Origin: Amoebidium appalachense
Taxonomy: Eukaryota > Protista > Ichthyosporea
NCBI GenBank assembly: GCA_963693365.1
Contig: CAVNZM010000003.1
Span: 344,851 to 408,850, forward strand
Direction: 5' to 3'
Length of the DNA: 64,000 bases
The notes beneath the pieces were generated by a model. The model worked only from the letters and a program-made list of their open reading frames with translations. It ran no database searches and was not told the origin of the DNA. The position numbers and the translations under genes were made by a program. Positions 40,677 to 64,000 of the stretch are shown here, in pieces; position 1 is the first letter of the stretch, and the number at the start of each line of letters is the position of its first letter.

Positions 40677-42964
40677 GTCACAGACCAGAACAGGAAAAAA
40701 GCCTAGCTGATGAACATGGTCTGAACGTTGTGCGCTTCTTGCTTAATTTCCCGAAGTTTAAAAGTTGACTATTGGTTGGGAAGACACAGCTCAATGCAGA
40801 ACCTACACCGCCTTCGTATTGTTTAAGGTGGCACTGTCAAGACATATTATAGTTACCAGGGCGTTTTTGTTGCCGTGGTTTGTGGGGCACGGCGTATGAT
40901 GACACGGTGCCCCCTTTGAAGATGTGAGGAGAAGTGAAGAGGGCAAGCGGCAGTGTTTTGTGTTGTTTTTACACGAGCGATTGGTTCCTAAGGTGACATA
41001 AAGAGCTGTAAAAACTCTCCTTCGCGAATGTTCCCTTCTCTCTCTCCCTCTCAGGCTCGAAACTTTTATGCACTTACTTCCCCTGCCAAGTCTTCGAATT
41101 TTGACCAACTACTGAAACGAGAACGACGTACAGAGTTTTCGACCACACTGCACCCCAGGCCTAAACACTCTGTAAATGCCTGCACATATGCCAAACAAAA
41201 AACAAATAAACAAAAAAGTCAAGTCGTGTGTCGGTTGGTGCGCAAAGTAGTGCACGTGCGAAAAAGGATATACAGTCCTATTTCCTCCGCCTGTTACAAC
41301 TGTTACAACTCTCCAGTCGATGTTTCAACGTTCCAACCGTTTCAAAGCGTCATGTAAACAGCACACCATACAAAGGAAGTGTACGCACACGCCAGGCACA
41401 CAGACAGAGACAGGCACACACACATGCGCGGACACTTTGACAGCTTTCCTTTTTCCGTTCCGAGTGCGCGCGAGCAGGCCCGTGCAACTTCAGCAACGTT
41501 TGCCACCACTGAGCCTTTCGAAGGTGCTGGAAAGGCGAACGACATCTATGATGGGGAACTGATGGGGGGGTGCTTTCAGAAAGTCTGACATGGTAATAAA
41601 TGTATATAAACTTTAACTTTGCTTTTATGCTAAACAGACAAATTGTATCTACTCTATAAATACATAATAACTAATAAAATTAATATATGTGCAATAAAAT
41701 ACCACAAAGAAGAATATAAAGCTCGAAAAAACATTTACCTAAATTAGTGCTGCCTCAAAAGAACAATGAACCCCTGTTAGTTCCAAAGTTTCGAAGAGCC
41801 GTATGCGATAGTTCTATTGGCCTAAACGGCATCACACTGTATCTCCTTATACCTAGCTTTCTACATGATTGTATTTTTTCCACAATTTCCTTGAAGCAGC
41901 CATATCGCAATGATTATTTACTAATGCATAAACCCTTTTGAAAGGACAAAAAATGAGATCAAAAAATGTCTCAAGCAGTGACGCGCTTCAAGCATAGTTA
42001 ATCAATAAAATCAATGTATTTGCGCTGTTTGTGTTTGATATTAAACAAAACATCAAGACAAAAAACCGCTGTATGAGGAGTGACCTATCTGTTTATTCAT
42101 GAGGTTAGGGGGAAAGTTGCCGGGCCACACTGCAGGTCAGTGAGTCAGTAGCGGCTTAAGTTTTGTGCACGTGTGACACCAGTTATGTACATACGTAAGG
42201 CACTCTATCGTTTAGCAGGGGCGGCACCCCTAGCCTATTGTAGATGTTGGCTTGTTCACACTGGACACACTGGATAAACAGTTAAAACGGCACACCAGGG
42301 TACTCCGAGGCCACGCGTCGTGTGTGAGGAAGCTTAAGCACAAGAAGCCCGATTCCTTGGGCTCATATATTGAAACCTCCATGCTCCAGGGATGCCTGCG
42401 GCTTCCTAGCATGTCCAGGAACGCTGGCGAAGTTTAAGTCTCAAACCCACCCCAAATCTTCAAAACGGCAAGTATATGATAAAAACGATGCCTTTTACTA
42501 CAGTAGTCAAAATATGATGCAGACACATGGGGACGACCTCGGTCATTAAGGGATAAAGTCAAAACAGAGCCGCCATGATCATCCAGAATCTATCGACTAG
42601 AGAAAAATGTTGCGCGCAAGGCTTTCAAAAGTCACCCGTCCGTAGCTGGTGTTTTAGGTGACTCGTGTTGGCAGGCCGAAAACTCAGACCGGTCCCCCTT
42701 TTCCAACTTTTACCTCATTTTTTCCCCTCTGAAAAGGCCCCATGCCTTCCCTTCAGGACCATCCCACCCCAGCCCCAGTCGTCCCCTTCCGAGTTCTCAC
42801 AAATCTTGCTCGGGCCCTCAGCCATCCCCCGGCCGCGGCCGCAGGCTCCCGGACCTCACGCGCCTTTTCCTCTCTCTATTTTCTCTCTTCTCTCTGGCTC
42901 CCTTTTTGTGTTTCTATCTCTCTCCTGTCTCTCTCAGAGTCTTTTTTCTCTCACAGTTTTCTGT

Positions 42965-43206
<242 letters not shown>

Positions 43207-43868
43207 CCCCCCCTGCCCTGCTCCCCACCCTTTTACAAACACGAGCACCGTCACGGTGTATGCTCCAACACCCTAATACTGCCTGTTCTCCTTGATCTCT
43301 GGTGTCCGTAAAAAGGGACCAAGGCCCCAAAATTGTAGCTGAAATGGACCCTTTGGCGGTGCATATAATTTCAGTACACCGCCTCTGCATAAGCTATCCA
43401 CAGCCTATGTGCAATTGCATTACGTGTATGCACGTGCATGGCCACAGTGGCCAAGCACATATGTGGATACCATGGTGCGTGCATGCAGTGGCAGTAGCAC
43501 AGAGGTTGCGGCTTGTTACGAGTGTTTCTACATATCTTGCATTTGTTGAGCGATAACGTTAGTGGGTTGCTTGTTGTCTGAGGGTGCTCGGTAGCGTGCT
43601 TCCTCCTTTTCCGACCCTTGTGTGTGGCGCCGGGTGGATCGGAAACGTGCCAATTAGGCAAGCTATGATAGGGTGGCTGGCAGGTGAACCTGGCTCAAGG
43701 ACATCCTACAAGAGCAACATGTACATTGTTGGAAGACTTACGTAGAGACTTTCACCCGGAGATATTTTTATATCCTTGCTGAGTTATTAGTAAGGATGTT
43801 CAAGCTTGCGTTGTACCGGCAATATTGAATGCGATCATTCGCTTCTCAGCTGCGTATCAATGATTTCA

Positions 43869-43906
<38 letters not shown>

Positions 43907-44140
43907 ACAACACCCCTCCCCGCTCCCCCCAACCCGCCTCCTTGCAATACCCATTGATTCAGGTGAGCCAGCAGGTCAGTACATTTGCGCTAATAATGTG
44001 ACCTCCACATATGCGTACGTATTGCCCGCACATATGCGTGGGTCACGTTCGCCTGAGACTTGAACAACTGAGCGAAGCCGCCACAGCCCTCAGGCTGGCC
44101 TGCACATGCGCGCGCGTGAAGGGAAAGCCTTGCACCAAAA

Positions 44141-44207
44141 CGTGAACAGCCAATCATTGCACACCACATATGTGATTGGCTGTTCACGCACCATAGCCCA
44201 TATTTGG
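44141..44207. promoter_or_regulatory. Putative vinculin promoter module: 16-bp perfect inverted repeat with two CCAAT boxes, plus a CArG box
   Basis: cgtgaacagccaatca (44141-44156) and tgattggctgttcacg (44173-44188); CCATATTTGG (44198-44207) fits CC(A/T)6GG. About 330 bp upstream of the ATG at 44535. Confidence 0.5.
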
Positions 44208-44534
44208 AAGGTATTTTTCAGCCCTTGAGCTCAAGCGTCAGGCCAGTCAGGCCCAGTGCAGCCAAAAACCTGTCACCGTGTCTTTCTAAGTTGCATTTTC
44301 TTTGGCGTATACAGGATTTGTTGTCATCAGTGTAGGAAGGGCAAAAAGGAAAAAAGAAAGAGAAAACAAAGGACTGTAATCTTCTTTTTATAATAGGAGT
44401 CAGCGGTTACCTGAAATCTGCTCTGTAAACACCTGGTTCGTCGTTACTGAGCTAGATCCACCAGCACCCTTAGCGTTCACACAGCATAAAACCCAACCCA
44501 CATCCTTCTATACCACGGTGGTATTCTTCGCAAG

Positions 44535-56311
<11,777 letters not shown>

Positions 56312-57406
56312 TTGAAGCGGTGCGTGTGTGTGTGTGTGTGTGTGTTAGTGCATTACATGTTAGTGTTTAGGTTAGTGTTTTTATGGCAAATCTTTTTAAC
56401 GCCCGATTTCTACACGTCACCTGTTTCTTTTTCCTTTGTTTTTACAGTAGAATTCGTATACTCTACTGATTCCTATGCTCTCGTATACTCTCCTTTTTCC
56501 TATGCTCTTGTTTTTACCCGGCTTCATTACTGTTCAAGACTATCCACTTGTACGTTTGTGTCACTTTCCTATTCCTACACTCGACCTTATTTTTTGTTCT
56601 GTTTCGGAGTCACATCTTATTCCTATGCCACACTCAGAATCATTAATGCTCCCCCCCCCCCCCCCCCCCGGGGGGGGGGGGGGGGGGGGGGGGGGGAACT
56701 TAGATGGACAGGCTTCGTTTTTGAAATTTATTAGCAATGCCACATGGGAAATCGGAAAGCCTTCGTGCCATGTCGGAATACTGAGGCAAAACAAACCAGA
56801 AATCTAAATGCGAAAAATGAAATTTGACCGGGCCCTGGTGGCCATAAATGCATAAATATATAACGTTTAAAACTGATTGGTTGCTTTATAAGAATATAAT
56901 TAACCTACGTTCAAAACGATAAAGTCACATCAGCGATTTGGCGTGCATACACGTGCGTTTTCGTGCACGCGTTTGATCACTTGTGCCTATGTACATGTGA
57001 ACCAGTGGCGGGTGGAAAAAAAAAATTGCCTTTGACTGCCACCAGAAAACACAATCTACATTTCACTACTTAATATATTCTTATCTTAGGGCACTCATTA
57101 TCATATATATACGGTTGCTTGGATGTGCACTATACCACCACACGGCTAAAGTTCTGATCAACAAGGTACAAAACATGTACATACATGTGAATATATGGGC
57201 ACGTGCGTGGTTACACGTGTGTGTGCATGCGCATGTGTGTGCACTTGTATGTGCTCATAGGCATGTGTATAGCCAAGAGTGCCCGTGTGGATATATGTAA
57301 ATGTGCACATGTATGCTTGCACGTGTGTGATTGTGTGCACGGGAGTCCACGCATATCTGCACGTGTACATTTGTGCACATGCAATGCGTATTTGTGTGTG
57401 CACATG

Positions 57407-62296
<4,890 letters not shown>

Positions 62297-62440
62297 CTGC
62301 GGGATCACCACGATCAGATTAGATCAAATCAAGGTTAAATGCAGATTGGATGCAGATTAGATAACGGATGACTCGTGGTTATATGTGCGTGGTAGAGAAC
62401 CGAATAACAGGGGGGGGGGGGGGGGGGGGGAGGGGGGAGG

Positions 62441-62886
62441 GGGGGTAGATGCAGTACATAGTACGACATACACACTCACGGGGGGTAGATGCAGTACATA
62501 GTACGACATACACACTCACGGGGGGTAGATGCAGTACATAGTACGACATACACACTCACGGGGGGTAGATGCAGTACATAGTACGACATACACACTCACG
62601 GGGGGTAGATGCAGTACATAGTACGACATACACACTCACGGGGGGTAGATGCAGTACATAGTACGACATACACACTCACGGGGGGGTAGATGCAGTACAT
62701 AGTACGACATACACACTCACGGGGGGTAGATGCAGTACATAGTACGACATACACACTCACGGGGGGTAGATGCAGTACATAGTACGACATACACACTCAC
62801 GGGGGGTAGATGCAGTACATAGTACGACATACACACTCACGGGGGGTAGATGCAGTACATAGTACGACATACACACTCACGGGGGG
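62441..62886. repeat. 40-bp minisatellite (gggggtagatgcagtacatagtacgacatacacactcacg), about 11 near-perfect copies
   Basis: Directly visible; no unique spacers. Confidence 0.97.
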
Positions 62887-63550
62887 TTGTTTGTGTTTTA
62901 ACTTCTATGGGGGAGAGGGGGGAGGAGGGGGGAGGAACCCCCCCCCCCCCCCTTCCCCCCCCTCCCCCCCCCCCTCCCCTCACCCACCCCCCCCCCCCCC
63001 CTTCTTGCACACACTAGCGCGCGCGCGCGCCTACACACACTCAGACACACATACACACTGACACGTACACGCGCACGCGCACACACACAAACCCAGAGAG
63101 AGAGAGACGCATGTGTGCACATCCACACGCACACATACATAGCCATACATTACTCATCCACACGAACTATTACATATACGGGTGCGCGCACACGCGCGCG
63201 CGTGCACACACACACTTAATCACTCACTCACTCAACACACACGGCCACACACCCACGCTCACAAGCATGCACACACCCTCACAAGCACATGCACACATAA
63301 ACACGCACACACACATGCACACACACACATAAGATGGCAAGAAGTGCAACTAGAACGCTCCGTGCCCTCATTCACACTGGTGAGTGGAAAGAATATTAAG
63401 ATTGCAATCAGAGGGTGGCTCCCAGCCACTGTTCCCTCAACCTGCTAATCACGACACTCTCGGCATTGGCCTCATAAGGTGCCATGATAATCGGCCAATC
63501 ACCAATGCATCTATATTTAGCCATGCCCCAACCAACCAATCCCCTTGCAG

Positions 63551-63646
63551 TGGTTCATGTTCATCCGCATCGAGTTTCTGCCCCCCTACATCCCATCGGA
63601 GGAGGAGAGGGCTGACCCCATTCTCTATGCAAACAACGTCAGACAC
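63551..63646 (+). CDS. Internal exon of a lysophospholipid acyltransferase (LPCAT1/2/LPEAT-like)
   Basis: ttgcag|WFMFIRIEFLPPYIPSEEERADPILYANNVRH|gtgagc, phase 0-0. Matches the LPCAT motif EIEFLPVY.PSEEEK..P.LYA.NVR. Confidence 0.8.
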
Positions 63647-63733
63647 GTGAGCAAACCAAATCCCCCCCCCCCCCCCCCCCCCCCCACATACACACATCAC
63701 CTCCACCACAACTCACCACACACAACACAACGT

Positions 63734-63769
<36 letters not shown>

Positions 63770-64000
63770 AATAAGGCATGAGAGGAGAGAACGTGGAACA
63801 GTCAATCCATATATGTGGAAAAAACACTAGGTATTATAAAAGTATTCAATATTCATAACCAAATATCTACTACCAAAATAAAGCTTGAGTGTTGGATGGG
63901 ACTGATTGGGATTTGTAAAGAAGGCATACACAAAACAGGAAAAAAAAAGGGGGGGGGGGGAAGGGGGGGGGGGATTAGTAGGATGTTTGGTAAGTAAGTA

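Noticed and set aside
41028-42437. Short ORFs between DNAJA and vinculin
   Set aside because: No recognisable motifs or consistent splice structure.
62441-62886. CRISPR-like periodic repeat
   Set aside because: The units are contiguous and near-identical with no unique spacers, there are no cas genes, and the context is eukaryotic.

Overview
This is eukaryotic, intron-dense genomic DNA full of (CA)n/(GT)n, (GA)n and poly-C/G tracts; most ORFs in the supplied track are microsatellite artefacts. The gene set suggests a unicellular opisthokont, possibly an ichthyosporean-like holozoan (inference). Spliced genes reconstructed by eye: HAUS7/AUG7-like (-), a degenerate mucin/EGF surface-protein locus (+), a GT61-like type II membrane glycosyltransferase (-), a BesD/HalD/ArpA-family Fe(II)/2OG dioxygenase with a mitochondrial-type presequence (+), DNAJA (-), vinculin (+), the C-terminal exons of EXOC6/Sec15 (-) and one LPCAT-like exon (+). 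The most notable item is a ~3.36 kb DNA transposon (21185-24543) flanked by TTAA. It has bipartite inverted termini with 24 and 13 bp spacers, and carries an intronless Exo1/XPG-family nuclease convergent with a THAP + Harbinger/ISL2EU-type transposase remnant. Also present: a piggyBac-like MITE, a LINE 3' end in tandem, a repeat family attached to G-runs, and minisatellites. Exon boundaries and family calls come from reading and recalled family motifs, not database searches; single-base frameshifts may be sequencing errors.
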